The position numbers and the translations under genes are program-made. Positions 17,650-30,800 of a stretch of 40,008 nt of DNA are shown piece by piece. The stretch is from Flavobacteriales bacterium (GTDB lineage: Bacteria > Bacteroidota > Bacteroidia > Flavobacteriales > Flavobacteriaceae). The stretch is taken from contig JBBSLN010000001.1 of NCBI GenBank assembly GCA_038255205.1, positions 1 through 40,008 of the forward strand, in the 5' to 3' direction. Every line of letters starts with the position of its first letter. Position 1 is the stretch's first letter. The notes beneath the pieces were generated by a model. That model was given only the letters and a program-made list of their open reading frames with translations, did no database searches and was not told where the DNA came from.

Positions 17650-20600
17650 AAATCAAAGTTAAAAAACTAGGAGCAATATTTCTTGCCCTAGTTATGATTA
17701 TTGAAATTGTTGCTCCCACTTGTGCATTTGCCATAGGCGGGGGTCCTACACAGCCAGAATTTGAACGATTTAGTTCCATGGCAGATCCTGATATGGTAGA
17801 TCTCTTTAGTGGAGATATGAAATATAATATCCCATTATTAGAAGTTGGGGGTTATCCTATAAATTTAGCTTATAATGCGGGATCAGGGATGGATGAAGAA
17901 GCAAGTTGGGTTGGTTCAGGTTGGAATATAAATGTAGGAGCGATTAACAGGAATGTGAGGGGTATGCCCGATGATTACAAAGGAGATATAGTTTCTAAGG
18001 ATTTTCATATAAAACCCAATGAAACTTGGGGAGTTAATGTGGGAGTTAATCTACAGATAGCAGGTGCTGAAACACCCAGCCAATCCGGAACAGGTGCCCA
18101 AGACTCTACCACAAATGTTAATCTCGAGATTAGTCTTGGTATATTTAAAAACAACTATACTGGATATGGATTATCTCTGGCATGCAATCCAAGTGTTAAT
18201 ACTGCTATAGGTGGTAGTGGTACCCTTACTGGTGGCTTAGGACTTGAATTCAATTCTCAAGAGGGTATGTCAGCCAATGCAAGTGTTGGAGTGAAAAGAA
18301 AAGATGAAAACACAAAATCTTTAGGTGCAAACATTGGAGTGGGCTATAACTCGCGCCAGGGGCTTAAGTCCATTTCTTATGATTTGTCCTATCAAAAAAA
18401 TATTGTACAAGATAATAAAGCAAAAACCAGTAGTCCTTTAAGTGTATCAGGAGGTATTTCTTTGTCTCCAGCTAATTATAATCCCATTATTTCTGTTCCA
18501 TATCATAATTACTCCTATGCCCTTTCAGGTACCATAGGTTCTGAAGCTTATGTATTGCACCCAAGTTTAAAATTAAGTGGATTTTATTCTAAACAGGAAT
18601 ATAATCAACCCTTTCTTAAAATTCCAACCTATGGTTATATCTATTCACATTTAGGTAAATCAGCCAATTCATTAAATGATTTCCTTCGTGAGAATGATGG
18701 TGCTTATACAAAAGGAATTCCTTGTCTTCCTTTTCCGGTATTCACGTATGATCAATTTAATGTTTCCGGAGAAGGTATTGGGGGGCAATTCAGGCCCTAC
18801 CGTTCGGATGTAGGAATTTTACATGACAAAATGGTGTCAACAACTAGTGCATCTGGTTCAGCAGGTATTGAAATTGGCTTAGGGGTAAATGCTCATGGTG
18901 GAGGTAACGGAGGGTATACCGAAGTTGTGACATCCTCTGGGAAATGGAAGGATGACAATAACATGCGGGATTTTGCAGATTTCGAATTTTCAAAACCCTA
19001 CACTGAATTTGAAAGTTTTTATTTTAAAAGAGCTGGAGAACTTACTCCTTACACGAATAATATATATGGAATATTAAAAGATAATAATCCGGTTAGAATA
19101 AAACTTCGACCAAAAGTTGATTTCGCCCAGGCTAGTTTTGACATTTTTAATAGTACGGGAACACAACTTGATCCTGTTTCTCTCTCCGACAATTTAATTA
19201 AAACATATAGAGAACCGCGCAATACCGTATTTACCTTTTTAACTGCACAGGAGGCAGAAGTACATGGAATCAATAAAAAAATTCTTTCCTATCCACGTAA
19301 TACAATTATGATCGAAGGATGCGAAAATGACCAAAACCAAATTATTACTAAAATTCCAAGAACTAGTAAACCCCTCCATCATATATCTGAGATAACTTTA
19401 TTAGATACACAGGGAAAACGATATATATACGGACTGCCAGCTTATACGCAAAATCAACAAGATATTAGTTTTTCTGTCAGTGAAGAAGTTTCAGAACCCT
19501 TAGATGGAATAGTCTATTATAATTTCCCGGATAATACAGTATTTAACAACAAAGGTAATGACCATTATTTTTCGCGAGAAACTCGCCCATCCTATGCAAA
19601 TACCTTTCTATTAACCGAAATATTGTCTCCTAATTATGTAGATCAAAGTGCAGATGGAATTTCTTCAGATGACTTTGGAGATGCTGTAAAATTTAATTAT
19701 ACAAAAACGAATTCTCACTATAAATACAGGGCACCATATGGACAAAATACTGCATATTATAATGGTGGATTAAATAGTGGAAACGGTGCAGACCTGGATA
19801 TCGGTGACGCAAAAGCTTCTTACGTATGGGGAACTAAAGAACTGTGGTATTTGCATTCAATTGAATCGAAAACCCATGTTGCTTTATTCGTAATCCAGAA
19901 CCGCGAGGATGGCATGAGTGTCAAAAATTCAGATGGTGAAATAGATTCTACAAATACACTCCAACTATTGCAAGAAATTAAATTATTCACCAAATCGGAA
20001 TATATTCTATTTGGTGAAAACGCAACCCCTGTAAAGGTTGTACATTTTGTTTATGACTATTCTATTTGCCCAGGGATACCAAGTAATTCCAATAATATTG
20101 TTGATAATTCAATCGGAACTTTTCCATATTATCCACAAATAAATAATGTCAACTCTGAAGGTGGAAAGTTAACTTTAAAAAAGATTTATTTTACATATGG
20201 ATCAAACCAACGTGGTAAACTAAATCCTTATAAGTTCTCTTATAAAACTGACGTATTTGGGGACACTGTCTTTTATGGTATGAAGCAAGTAGATCGTTGG
20301 GGTACTTTTAAGAGTAATTTGCAAATTTCTCCCTCTCACTCTGTATATGGAAAAATAAATAATGTATTAAATGGAGATTTTCCTTACTCAGTTCAAGATA
20401 CATTATATTCTAATGAATTTGCAAGATTATGGAATATTAGCCATATTGATCTTCCTAGTGGTGCAAAAATTAATATAGAATATGAATCTGATGACTATTT
20501 TGCAGTTCAAAATAAGTTTGCACATCAAATGTATTTTATCGAAGGATTTAATGATATTCCGAATGCTACCACTTTTACAAATAGTTTATATGATAATAAT

Positions 20601-23600
20601 GGGAACTCTAACGACTATATCTACATACGTGTTCCGGATCAAACAGGTGTGACTGATGAAGAATTAATAGTTAAATTTTTAAATCATGTAGATGAATTAT
20701 TTTGTAGGGTTTCTATAGATTTAGGGAATAATAATAAATATGACTTTTTAAGTTCGTATGCACAAATCGACAGAAGTAGCTTGCCGTATATCGGAGTAAC
20801 ATCCGATCCCAATATTATTTGGATAAAACTTAAAAGCATAGAACAAACACATCCTATTGCATTGCAAGCTTGGCAGTTCATGAGAACAAATGCTCAGGAA
20901 TTAATTTATAGTGGCAGTGAAGCCCAAGCAAGTATTGAAGAAGCTATAAGAGGATTGGTTGGTTCAATTAGCGAAATAGTTGGAATTTTTACAGAATTTA
21001 AGAATCGAGCCATGAATAAAAAGTTAGCCAAGCATATAAATACATCCAAATCATGGGTACGGCTTAGTAATTCAAATGGATTTAAAATTGGTGGGGGCCA
21101 CAGAGTTAAGAAAATTCATGTTACTGACTCCTGGCAAGAAATGACTGGCAGTTCAGTTAATAAATCAGTAACATACATAACTAATTACGATTATACCGCT
21201 ACATACCGCAATATTACCATAAGCTCTGGGGTTGCTTCATACGAACCAGGGATAGGTCAAGAAGAGAATACTTTCAAAAGGCCAGTCCGTTACAAAGTAA
21301 AACGAGGATTAGGTCCGGATGACCACCTTTATTTAGAAGAGCCGTTTGGTGAATTGCTTTTCCCCAATGCTTCGGTAGGATATGGCAAGGTAACAATTAA
21401 TAAAGGAAGAAGCAATGATATTACACGAACAGCTACAGGGAAAATTGAAAAAGAATTTTACACAGCAAACGACTTTCCAGTGATATACAAGAGAACCCCT
21501 CTAGATCCAAATCACAAACGAAAGCCCCGACCAAGTTTAGGATTTATTTATTCTAGAGTGAGAGAATATCAAGCTGTCACTCAAGGATATCTTATTGAAC
21601 TAAATGATATGCATGGAAGAGTAAAATCTGAGAAAACAATTGATGAATTTGGAAAAGTTGTAACCTCTAAAAAATATAATTATAAGCAATTAAAAAATAG
21701 TGATGGACACAACATTTTAGACAACAATGTTAAAGTTGTCGATGCCCGTGGTGGAGTGCAAGAACAAACAATGGGTATGGATTCAGAGATTTGGCTTGAC
21801 ATGCGAGAAGAAACTACTAAAACTGATGGATTAACGGTAACTGGCAATACTGAATTCTTTGTTGTTACAGCTCCAATTCCCATTCCAATATTAATTCCGC
21901 CTATAATTCCAACTTACGTGGATAATGAAGTTCGTTTTCGTTCAGCTGTCAGCGTTAAATGTATATCAAGATATGGGATACTGGATAATGTAATTACATC
22001 CAAAGATGGCTCCCAGATTACAGAAACAAATGTTCTACATGATGCGGTTACTGGTGATGCTGTATTAACCCAAACAACCAACGAGTTTAACGATTCTCTC
22101 TTCAACCTATCCATTCCCGCCCATTGGGCATATAACAGAATGGGCTCTGCTTATAAGAACGTGGGAGTAACCTTGCATAAAGTAACTCAAATTGTAAATG
22201 GTGTAATAGACTGGCCATTTGGAGATCCTAACGATTATTTGATTCCAGGAGATGAAATTGAAATATATGCCAATGGAGTTGTTGGTAAATTCAAATTATG
22301 GGCTTCTGAAGATGCATCTGGCAATATTGTAATTATTAATCGAAAAGGAGAAAAATATTCCATTAGCATGCCTGCTATTCCAGTAAACTTAAAGGTAATC
22401 AGATCAGCTAGAAAAAACCTCTCCTCCTTCCCTATAGAAAAACTTATTTCTAAAAATGTATCACCATATAACAGCATTGTAGATTCACTTAATCTGAATA
22501 ATTTAGAAGTAATCAACACTGAAGCTCATGAATTCAAAGATGAGTGGAAGATTGATTGTGATTTAGTAAAAATTAATAAATGCGAGGATTTCAGGGCTAC
22601 GAATTTTTGTTTTTACTCATTTCTGGATTCCTTAATAGTCCGGTCGGATACCATTGACAATCCTTTATTTGTTAATTCGGCACTAGAGGACAGCATTTCG
22701 ATTATCGATATTTTAACCCCCTCGCATAGTTGTTTAGGAGATTCTGCAAACTTTGGTAGCATTCCATTGAATGATGTTTTATTTTATCCCGTTTCTCCAC
22801 CTTTATTAACAAATCATAGTTATTATTCTGAATGGAAATTAGGGCCAAATTGTTATATGACAATTCAATCGATAGACTCTGAGCCCTTAGATCTTGAAAA
22901 TCTTCATATAATTCAGCAGCTGGAATTTGGTTGTTTGGAAATTAAATCCTCTACAATTGATACAGCGACTATGTTAGAAATAAATGTAGTTAATGGAACA
23001 GCTTGTTTTTACTGTGAAGGCTGTTCAGAAATAAAGTGCGGTATAAAGCCAAACAATGTAGTTAATCCCTATCTTTCAAATATAAAGAACAATTGGAATT
23101 TACTGTCAGAATATAAATACTATACAAGAAGGAATGCTTTGGCATTTGTTGGAAGTAACCTACAAACTGAGGGCGAATTTGATTCCCATATACCTTTTTG
23201 GCAATTTACGTCTGAATATATGACAAATGCTGGACTATTAAACGACAATTGGATTAATTCAAAGACAGTGACCCGAATTAATCATAATCAAATTCCAATA
23301 GAAGAGAATGATGCACTTGCGAGACCTTCAAGTTTACTATTAGGTTACCAGGGTGATTATGCGAAAGCTGTCATATCTAATTCTAAAGCAAAAAATGCTG
23401 GAAATGATAATTTCGAAGACAGTGAATATTTTAGAGTATGTACAAGCCCGTGTTGGAAAGATTATTTTAGTTTTACCAATGTAATTGGCCCTCCACGTTC
23501 TACCTTTAATGATACCATTTCTCATACAGGAAATTATTCTGTTGAAATAATCCCAGGGGGTAGTATCTTCTATACTGCCTCGAATATTAATGATGTGGAT

Positions 23601-24119
23601 TCCTCATATTACAAGTATAATAGAGAAGATGAAATAGAATTAAATAATGCATGTTTAGTTAAATTTTCTCCTGATTCAGGTAAATACGTAATCAGTGCTT
23701 GGATTAAAGAGCCAACACCTTGTGATGCCAATTATACAAATGGAGTTATAATACTCAAAGCTGATTCTGCTGGTACCCTTATCACTAAAACATTTAGTGC
23801 AAGTGGTCCTGTAATTGAAGGATGGCAGCGAATTGAGGGAATTTTTAATATTCCAGGAACATTTACAACCTTGTCGATAGAGTTAAGAGCGATAGGTAGT
23901 ACGGTTTATTTCGATGATTTTAGAATTTTCCCTGCAAAGGGCAACATGAAAACCTTTGTTTACGATGCATTAACACATAGGCTCATGGCCGAATTGGATG
24001 AAAATAATTATGCCACATTTTTTGAATATGATGAAGAAGCTACATTAATAAGAATTAAGAAGGAAACCGAAAGGGGAATTATTACTTTAAAAGAGACAAG
24101 GCGCTTTGTTAAAAACTAA
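17646..24119 (+). CDS. Large secreted TcB/SpvB-like YD-shell protein (~2157 aa)
   Basis: Signal peptide; VDLFSGDMKYNIPL...YPINLAYNAG...ASWVGSGWNI resembles the SpvB/TcB N-terminus; YD-like strands (LPSGAKINIEYESD, DENNYATFFEYD); CBM-like segment near the C-terminus. Start set at the ATG overlapping the upstream TGA. Confidence 0.65.
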   Translation: MKIKVKKLGAIFLALVMIIEIVAPTCAFAIGGGPTQPEFERFSSMADPDMVDLFSGDMKYNIPLLEVGGYPINLAYNAGSGMDEEASWVGSGWNINVGAINRNVRGMPDDYKGDIVSKDFHIKPNETWGVNVGVNLQIAGAETPSQSGTGAQDSTTNVNLEISLGIFKNNYTGYGLSLACNPSVNTAIGGSGTLTGGLGLEFNSQEGMSANASVGVKRKDENTKSLGANIGVGYNSRQGLKSISYDLSYQKNIVQDNKAKTSSPLSVSGGISLSPANYNPIISVPYHNYSYALSGTIGSEAYVLHPSLKLSGFYSKQEYNQPFLKIPTYGYIYSHLGKSANSLNDFLRENDGAYTKGIPCLPFPVFTYDQFNVSGEGIGGQFRPYRSDVGILHDKMVSTTSASGSAGIEIGLGVNAHGGGNGGYTEVVTSSGKWKDDNNMRDFADFEFSKPYTEFESFYFKRAGELTPYTNNIYGILKDNNPVRIKLRPKVDFAQASFDIFNSTGTQLDPVSLSDNLIKTYREPRNTVFTFLTAQEAEVHGINKKILSYPRNTIMIEGCENDQNQIITKIPRTSKPLHHISEITLLDTQGKRYIYGLPAYTQNQQDISFSVSEEVSEPLDGIVYYNFPDNTVFNNKGNDHYFSRETRPSYANTFLLTEILSPNYVDQSADGISSDDFGDAVKFNYTKTNSHYKYRAPYGQNTAYYNGGLNSGNGADLDIGDAKASYVWGTKELWYLHSIESKTHVALFVIQNREDGMSVKNSDGEIDSTNTLQLLQEIKLFTKSEYILFGENATPVKVVHFVYDYSICPGIPSNSNNIVDNSIGTFPYYPQINNVNSEGGKLTLKKIYFTYGSNQRGKLNPYKFSYKTDVFGDTVFYGMKQVDRWGTFKSNLQISPSHSVYGKINNVLNGDFPYSVQDTLYSNEFARLWNISHIDLPSGAKINIEYESDDYFAVQNKFAHQMYFIEGFNDIPNATTFTNSLYDNNGNSNDYIYIRVPDQTGVTDEELIVKFLNHVDELFCRVSIDLGNNNKYDFLSSYAQIDRSSLPYIGVTSDPNIIWIKLKSIEQTHPIALQAWQFMRTNAQELIYSGSEAQASIEEAIRGLVGSISEIVGIFTEFKNRAMNKKLAKHINTSKSWVRLSNSNGFKIGGGHRVKKIHVTDSWQEMTGSSVNKSVTYITNYDYTATYRNITISSGVASYEPGIGQEENTFKRPVRYKVKRGLGPDDHLYLEEPFGELLFPNASVGYGKVTINKGRSNDITRTATGKIEKEFYTANDFPVIYKRTPLDPNHKRKPRPSLGFIYSRVREYQAVTQGYLIELNDMHGRVKSEKTIDEFGKVVTSKKYNYKQLKNSDGHNILDNNVKVVDARGGVQEQTMGMDSEIWLDMREETTKTDGLTVTGNTEFFVVTAPIPIPILIPPIIPTYVDNEVRFRSAVSVKCISRYGILDNVITSKDGSQITETNVLHDAVTGDAVLTQTTNEFNDSLFNLSIPAHWAYNRMGSAYKNVGVTLHKVTQIVNGVIDWPFGDPNDYLIPGDEIEIYANGVVGKFKLWASEDASGNIVIINRKGEKYSISMPAIPVNLKVIRSARKNLSSFPIEKLISKNVSPYNSIVDSLNLNNLEVINTEAHEFKDEWKIDCDLVKINKCEDFRATNFCFYSFLDSLIVRSDTIDNPLFVNSALEDSISIIDILTPSHSCLGDSANFGSIPLNDVLFYPVSPPLLTNHSYYSEWKLGPNCYMTIQSIDSEPLDLENLHIIQQLEFGCLEIKSSTIDTATMLEINVVNGTACFYCEGCSEIKCGIKPNNVVNPYLSNIKNNWNLLSEYKYYTRRNALAFVGSNLQTEGEFDSHIPFWQFTSEYMTNAGLLNDNWINSKTVTRINHNQIPIEENDALARPSSLLLGYQGDYAKAVISNSKAKNAGNDNFEDSEYFRVCTSPCWKDYFSFTNVIGPPRSTFNDTISHTGNYSVEIIPGGSIFYTASNINDVDSSYYKYNREDEIELNNACLVKFSPDSGKYVISAWIKEPTPCDANYTNGVIILKADSAGTLITKTFSASGPVIEGWQRIEGIFNIPGTFTTLSIELRAIGSTVYFDDFRIFPAKGNMKTFVYDALTHRLMAELDENNYATFFEYDEEATLIRIKKETERGIITLKETRRFVKN

Positions 24120-24125
24120 TGCGAT

Positions 24126-24818
24126 ATGAAATCAATTGTATTGTTAATTTTTTTTTATTCTGTTGTTTGTCAGGGTCAGGATATCCGTAGTGATCTAAAA
24201 CAAATTAATAGAAACTATTACCAAAATCCTAATTGCCTATTTTATAAAGTGAAAATCTTATATTATGATGTATTGGATCCGTCTGATATCTATGACTCAC
24301 TTGCTGCTAAATATTATAAGCAGAATTTGAATATTTACATGGATTTAGACGAAATGGAAATGTTACTTAATGAAGAATATCACATTATTGCAGATAACAA
24401 ATATAAAAACCTATTGGTTTCAAAAAATGCAATTCAAAAACCTACAAACTATTCTTTAGATATTATTGATACTTTAATTTTTTCAAATAACTATTCTATT
24501 AAATTAGTTAATGTGGACAATTCCACAGTTGAAATACTATTAAGTTTTGAAAATAGCGTTGTTATGGATTCAGCAATTATTAAATATGATAAAAATAATT
24601 ACTTTATAAATGAATTAATTTTGTATTATAAACATTCTGGAATATTTCATCAAGAGGATTTTGAATTTTTCAAACCAGTCATTCATATCCATTTTATTGA
24701 GCAAAAGTTCATTACTTATCAACCTGAACTATTTCATATAGACAGATATGTATTAAAACAGGATTCTCAATATGTTGGAAAAGGCAAGTATAAGAACTAT
24801 ACTGTAAATCAAAATTGA
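24126..24818 (+). CDS. Exported accessory protein, possibly LolA-like fold
   Basis: 230 aa; signal peptide; helix then beta-meander pattern. The fold call is an impression only. Confidence 0.55.
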   Translation: MKSIVLLIFFYSVVCQGQDIRSDLKQINRNYYQNPNCLFYKVKILYYDVLDPSDIYDSLAAKYYKQNLNIYMDLDEMEMLLNEEYHIIADNKYKNLLVSKNAIQKPTNYSLDIIDTLIFSNNYSIKLVNVDNSTVEILLSFENSVVMDSAIIKYDKNNYFINELILYYKHSGIFHQEDFEFFKPVIHIHFIEQKFITYQPELFHIDRYVLKQDSQYVGKGKYKNYTVNQN

Positions 24819-24840
24819 ATAAATTGACATTCCAAATCAA

Positions 24841-27800
24841 ATGGTAAGAAACTCGATTTGTATATTGACCGTCCTTATTTTTCATGCGTGTTACCTTTTA
24901 GGGCAACATCAAAAATTTGGGTTTTCTCCAAGAGAGGAGCATTTTACAAGTAGGCTCATTGGTAAAGATCTAGTTCCAGGATCATTTTTAAAGGTTTCGG
25001 ATGATAAATTAGAATCTTCATATATAGAACAAACAGATAGTATTAAAACCTGTATTTCCAAAATAACATTTAAGTTCAATACAGAGGCAAATTTAATTTT
25101 GCCTAAAGAGTATTCAGCAAAAATTTTCCTCAAAATATCAGGATTTGATTATCAAAATAAGCAAATATTTAAAAATAAACCTGCAAGTTTATTACTATCC
25201 TCAGAGAAAAATACAATTTCTGACTATATTCACTTTGATAATGTTCATCGACTTGAAGTAATTGTAGATTTAATTCATTTCAAAATAAATAATCGCACAG
25301 AAATACCTGGTGATATCTTTACACTGGAAAGTGACATTAGTGTTTCTAGAATGTTAGTTTTTGATTGCAACGATGTCACCTCTTTATCTCATTCTTACAA
25401 TAACAATTACGACAGATTAACTATTTCATGGTCCCCAATTACCAATGCATCTGAGTATGATCTTGAATGGGTTTTTGTGGATTCTTTAAGCAAAATGGGG
25501 GGAAAAATTATTAGTAGTCAACCCTATCGATTTGATTCAGTATTTACCAATAACGCCACCCGGGTTTCGACACAACACAATTCTTTTGATATTTCATTAA
25601 TGTATCCCAAAGGATTGTTACTTTATCGTGTCCGAGGTGTCAATATACTTTCGAATTATCAAAGATTAACTACCGTTTGGACCGGATCAGGTGTTTCTAA
25701 TGTTTTTCATACTTTAGGTCATGAAGATTCCTTAAATTGGGAGAGTATTCAGTCATTTGCGGAAAATGGATTAAAACATGAATTAGTTACTTATTCTGAC
25801 GGCACTTTACGTGCTCGCCAAGATGTTTCTCGAAACAATACTTTAGATACTGTGTTTGCTTCTGAAAGTATTTATGATCATATAGGCCGTAAAGCAGTCC
25901 AATCACTACCTGGCTCAACATTTCAGGGAAAGATTGAATTTTTTGAAGGCCTTAATTTATCTACATCTGGGGATGCATATTCCTACCTGGATTTCGAAGC
26001 ACAAGGTAACTGCGGTGGATACCCCGTTTCCATGGATTCAACAAGTGGAAGTTCCCTTTACTACTCCCAAAGTAATCCTAACAATAGCCAACGCCCTGAT
26101 ATGTTCACTCCAAGTGCTGAAGGATACCCTTTTTCAGTTACTGAATTTACTCCGGATCTTACTGGAAGAATAAGTAGACAAGGGTCGGTTGGACAAGAAT
26201 TTCAAATAGGAAGTGGTCATGAACTCAAACACTTCTATTCACAGCCATCCCAAGAGGAACTGGATAGGTTATTTGGGAATGATGTGGGATTTAAAGACCA
26301 TTATTTTTTAGAAATGACCACTGATCCAAATGGTCAGACCACCTTAATATACACAGATTTGTCAGGAAATATTATTGCTACTGGTCTCACAGGACAAAGT
26401 CCAATAAATCTTTCTCCACTTGATTCAGTACCACCCCAAGATACAATCCGGCATGACCTTCTAAGCTGGATTAATAATTATAATGACAATGTTTCAATGC
26501 AATCAAATGCTAGCTTCCCTGCTAAATCTGATGGAAATTATAATTTTGTATATTCTCTTAATCCTGTTTCATTGATTTTGGAAAATTGTCAAAGCGATTC
26601 TATATGTTATGATTGTCTTTACGATATTGAAATATCAATAGGATCAATTTGTAATGATTCAGTACCTAATGGTCCATTCTTCAAAAAGACTTATAGCAAT
26701 TATCAATTACCTGCACCCTTTGATACTTTATGTATAAATGATCCGGCAGCTATAAGTGACAGTTTCAATCTTTATTTACCCCAAGGGCAGTATTCGGTAA
26801 ATAGAAAAGTAATTATGAGCGCAGAAGCCAAAGATTTTTATCTTGAGAAATTTCTCAGAGAAAATGTTTGCACAACGATTGAAACATTTTTACAAAATCA
26901 ACTTTCTTTGATTGATAGTGCAGGCTGTGATGTAGACTGTAATACTTGCATTGATAATCTGGGTTCTTCAGGAGATTTTTTGAATTCCTACTTTAATGCT
27001 TTATCATCAGGTGACAGCACTTATGTACCAACTGCATCAGATACTACATGCGGAATGGTATATTATCAGGAAGCTGTTGACGAATGCATGGAATTTTGTC
27101 TTTTGACAAGCTGTAGAACTCGGTATAAAACTATGTTAAAGGATGTTTCACCAAATGGGCAGTATGGTACCTATGAACTTGATTCTTCTAATTATTTAGT
27201 TGGTCCCCATAGTTTAATTTCCATTTTTTACCCCTTTGGAAACGGTGTTTATACCTACAATCATCCCTTTACATTAAACCAAATGGGGGGGTATTATAAA
27301 ACTAAGTGTGGAGACACATTAAAGGTCCTTATCGAAGACCAATTTTACAGACCTGATGAGCTAAGACCATCAGATTTTATCCAATATTTTGAACCTGAGT
27401 GGGCTGAAAATCTCGTTAAAATTCATCCGGAATATCCGTACTATCAATTTTGTATTGATAACCAGGAAAGTCATTTATTTGATTATGGTGTATATTCAAC
27501 TGAAAGCTTTCAGGAGGCCTTAGCTGATTCTCAATATATTGAATTTCTGTTTACTGAAAATGTTATTGACATAATAGATCCCTATTTTGTTAGTGGTTCA
27601 GGAATTGCACTACAAACCGCATTTTTAAACGCACTAAAAAATGTTTTCGCGCCTTACCCCTCTCCTTGTATTGGACTCTCGGCTATTGAATTGGCAACTT
27701 TGATTACAGTATTTAAGGATTATCCCCCACCGGTTAGAAATGCAATGGCGTGTAACCCAGCATTAATACCTGATCCTATCACTCTTTGTGAAGGTGAACA

Positions 27801-30800
27801 AAATCATGTATGGCGAATTATTAAAGCCTTATATTTTCTAAAAAAACAGTTAGCCTATGCCTTTATGGAGGATATTTATGCCCAAAACAATCCTCCTTAT
27901 GGTTGTGTCAACACTTGTATCGGAAGCATGAATCCCAGTTCGATGTTATTTGGTCATTACAATCCACCAGCAATTCATCCTCAATATTGTCCTCTGTTTT
28001 GTGTTAATCCTGCATTTAGTGAGGCAATGCCAAGATTTCTAAATTTTACAGAAGCATCACAATTCTATTGGTTGTCTTCAGATGATTCAGATGAATGGGT
28101 TCAAGAGGCAATGGATCAACACTGTGACACCACATGCATTAGTCAAAGAAATTATTGGCAAAGCAAAGTTACCGAGTATTGCGGCAATATACCTGCTACG
28201 CGAATGGATTCACTTTTAGACGCTTTCCAGGCCATTTGCATTAATGGTTGTGATACTCAACATCCTTTGGGCTCAAGCTCAATTAACCCTGGAAATGTTC
28301 CGTATCCAACATATTACAACTTTCAACAAGCAATGGAAAATATTTTGCTAGTTAGCCCCACGGATGCTTATTGTAATGCTTCTATCTTTTCATTGCCAAA
28401 GCCTTTTGAATTGCCAACCAGTCTCTTTTTTTCAAACTCTATTGTGTATGATTCTATTCCGGGTTGCACATGCGATATTCTAGATTCTTTATATGTAAAA
28501 TATGTTTCAGAATTAGGTTCAGGAACGCTTGCAGGATACTCAAACTATTTGGATTCAGTATACAATGTAAATTTAAATTCAACTCAACTAGAAGAGCTTT
28601 TTGATTTATGCGATGAGGGTGGTTGCGATTTTTTAACGAATGTCATAAGTCTCCCTGAAATGCTTAGTTGTCCCACCTGTCTAAAATGCGAAGCCGTTAC
28701 CTCAGAAGTGGAAACCTTTATTGAAAACTCCCCTAGTGTTCTATTATCTCAATTTTTTGAGGAACAATTAGGTCTCCATTTAAATGAAGTTTTTAATTTT
28801 AACCTCACTCCCGAAGTTTATTTTGCATTCCTTGATTCATGTGGAATGCTTGATACACTTACCTACGGAACAATTGACTGTGACAGTTTGTCCCAGCTAT
28901 ACAATTGGTATTTAGGCACAGGTGGAAGTAGCCTTGAAGATTCTCTAAACAGCAAACTTAATTTAACACTCTCACTTGATGAATATCAGTCTTGGATAGT
29001 TCGCTGTAATGTAGTTGAATATCGTGATTCTGTAGCTCAAAAAATTATTCCTAATATCACTAATCCTTCCAGTAACGTTTATAGAGGTTATTTTGATGCC
29101 TTTTGTCAGGGTCCATCCTGTGATGATTTGGAATTTTTTAGAGATAGTTTAATTACCTTACCAGATATACCACCATTAGATATTTGGTTCAACTTGCAAT
29201 TCGGTTACGATTGGACATTTGCCCAAATTTCTGATCTGTTGAATACATGTGAAATTCCAATTCCAATTTACAGCGATAGTATCAATTGTAGTAGAATAGA
29301 TAGTTCCTATTCGGATTTTCTCGCTCAGAATACCCTTGACCTAGCTAGTTTCATGAATACAGAAGTTGGAATTATTTTAACTTCTCAACAATGGCTTTCA
29401 TGGATTTCACAATGTGATATTTTAATAGAAGCGGATACCATCGATTGTGATACTCTTAGCACAGTTATAATTTATTATAATGGATTGAGTGAACCCAGAC
29501 CACCAATTTCTATGTATTTAAATAATCACTATAATTTAGATACAACTTCTAATTACTGGATTCAATTTATTGACAGTTGTGATTTAGAAGTCCAAGAAAA
29601 CAGCTGCGATTCTTTAGAATATTACTATAATGAAGTTTATAAAATTGACACCAATTTTGATGTACCATTTTTTGTATATATTCATGATAGCCTAGGCTAC
29701 AATCTTACTTGGGAAGAATGTGCTGACTGGTTTGCTTTATGTAATCTAAATATCTGTGACACAATTTCTTGTGATAGCTTGGAAGTGCTATTTACCAATT
29801 ATGGTAATTTATTAGGACCAAAACCTCCAGTTTCCTTGTGGTTAGAATCTATTTTAGGTTATCAATTATCCTCTCAGGAATTTGAAGATTGGTTCGAATC
29901 CTGTGAACTCGAAGCCCCCGCTTTTAATTGCAGGGAATTTTTCGATTTATATCATTATTCTTATTTGATGTTGCCTATACCCCGGCCAACTTATACCAGT
30001 TACTTTAATGCTTTATTGAATTTAAATTTTACTCAAGAACAATACCAAGCATGGTTTGACACATGTGAATATACCCCTGAGATTAATTGTTCACAATTAA
30101 TTAGCATTCTTACAACTTACAATGCTCTGGATGAGCCTAGGCCTCCTATTTGGATGTGGATAGAGTCCACTCTTCAATTGGGATTTACCGTTCAGGAATA
30201 CATTTCGTTTTTCGACAGTTGTGAATATGAAATTCCAAATATAGAATGTGATTCTATTAATTCACTAATTTCTGTCTACAATTCCATCAATCCAAGGCCC
30301 CCTGTAGCAATTTATTTTAACACATTATTAGGATTGGAACTTAGTCATCAGCAGTACATGGCATGGATAGATTCATGTGATATAACCGTTGATTTACCTC
30401 TTATTTGTGACTCCCTTAACGTTGCGTATTCTCACTTTACAACTTTGTTTGACACTTCTTCAATGTTAACTCCTCTGGATAGTTTCATAACCTGGTATGT
30501 AAGTGGCAGCGTTCCTATTACTGCAAATAATCCATATTCCTTTGCTGAACTAGTTTTATTAATAGATAGTTGTGAAATACAAATTACTGATTCACTTACT
30601 TGCTATGGACTTCAAAATGTAATTTCCGAATACACATCAATCGCTTCAGGAAGCATTACTTTAGAAGAATATCTGAATAGTATTTTTGATTTAAATGAAA
30701 CTATATTGTTTTATCAGTCCATTCTTGATACTTGTGAAATTTTTACATATACGGAACACTTTCTTTGTAATCAGCCAATCTTTCCAGGATTCTTAATTGA

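Noticed and set aside
28471-30735. CRISPR array or DNA tandem repeat
   Set aside because: The repetition is visible only at protein level inside an open frame; there are no identical DNA repeats with spacers and no cas genes.
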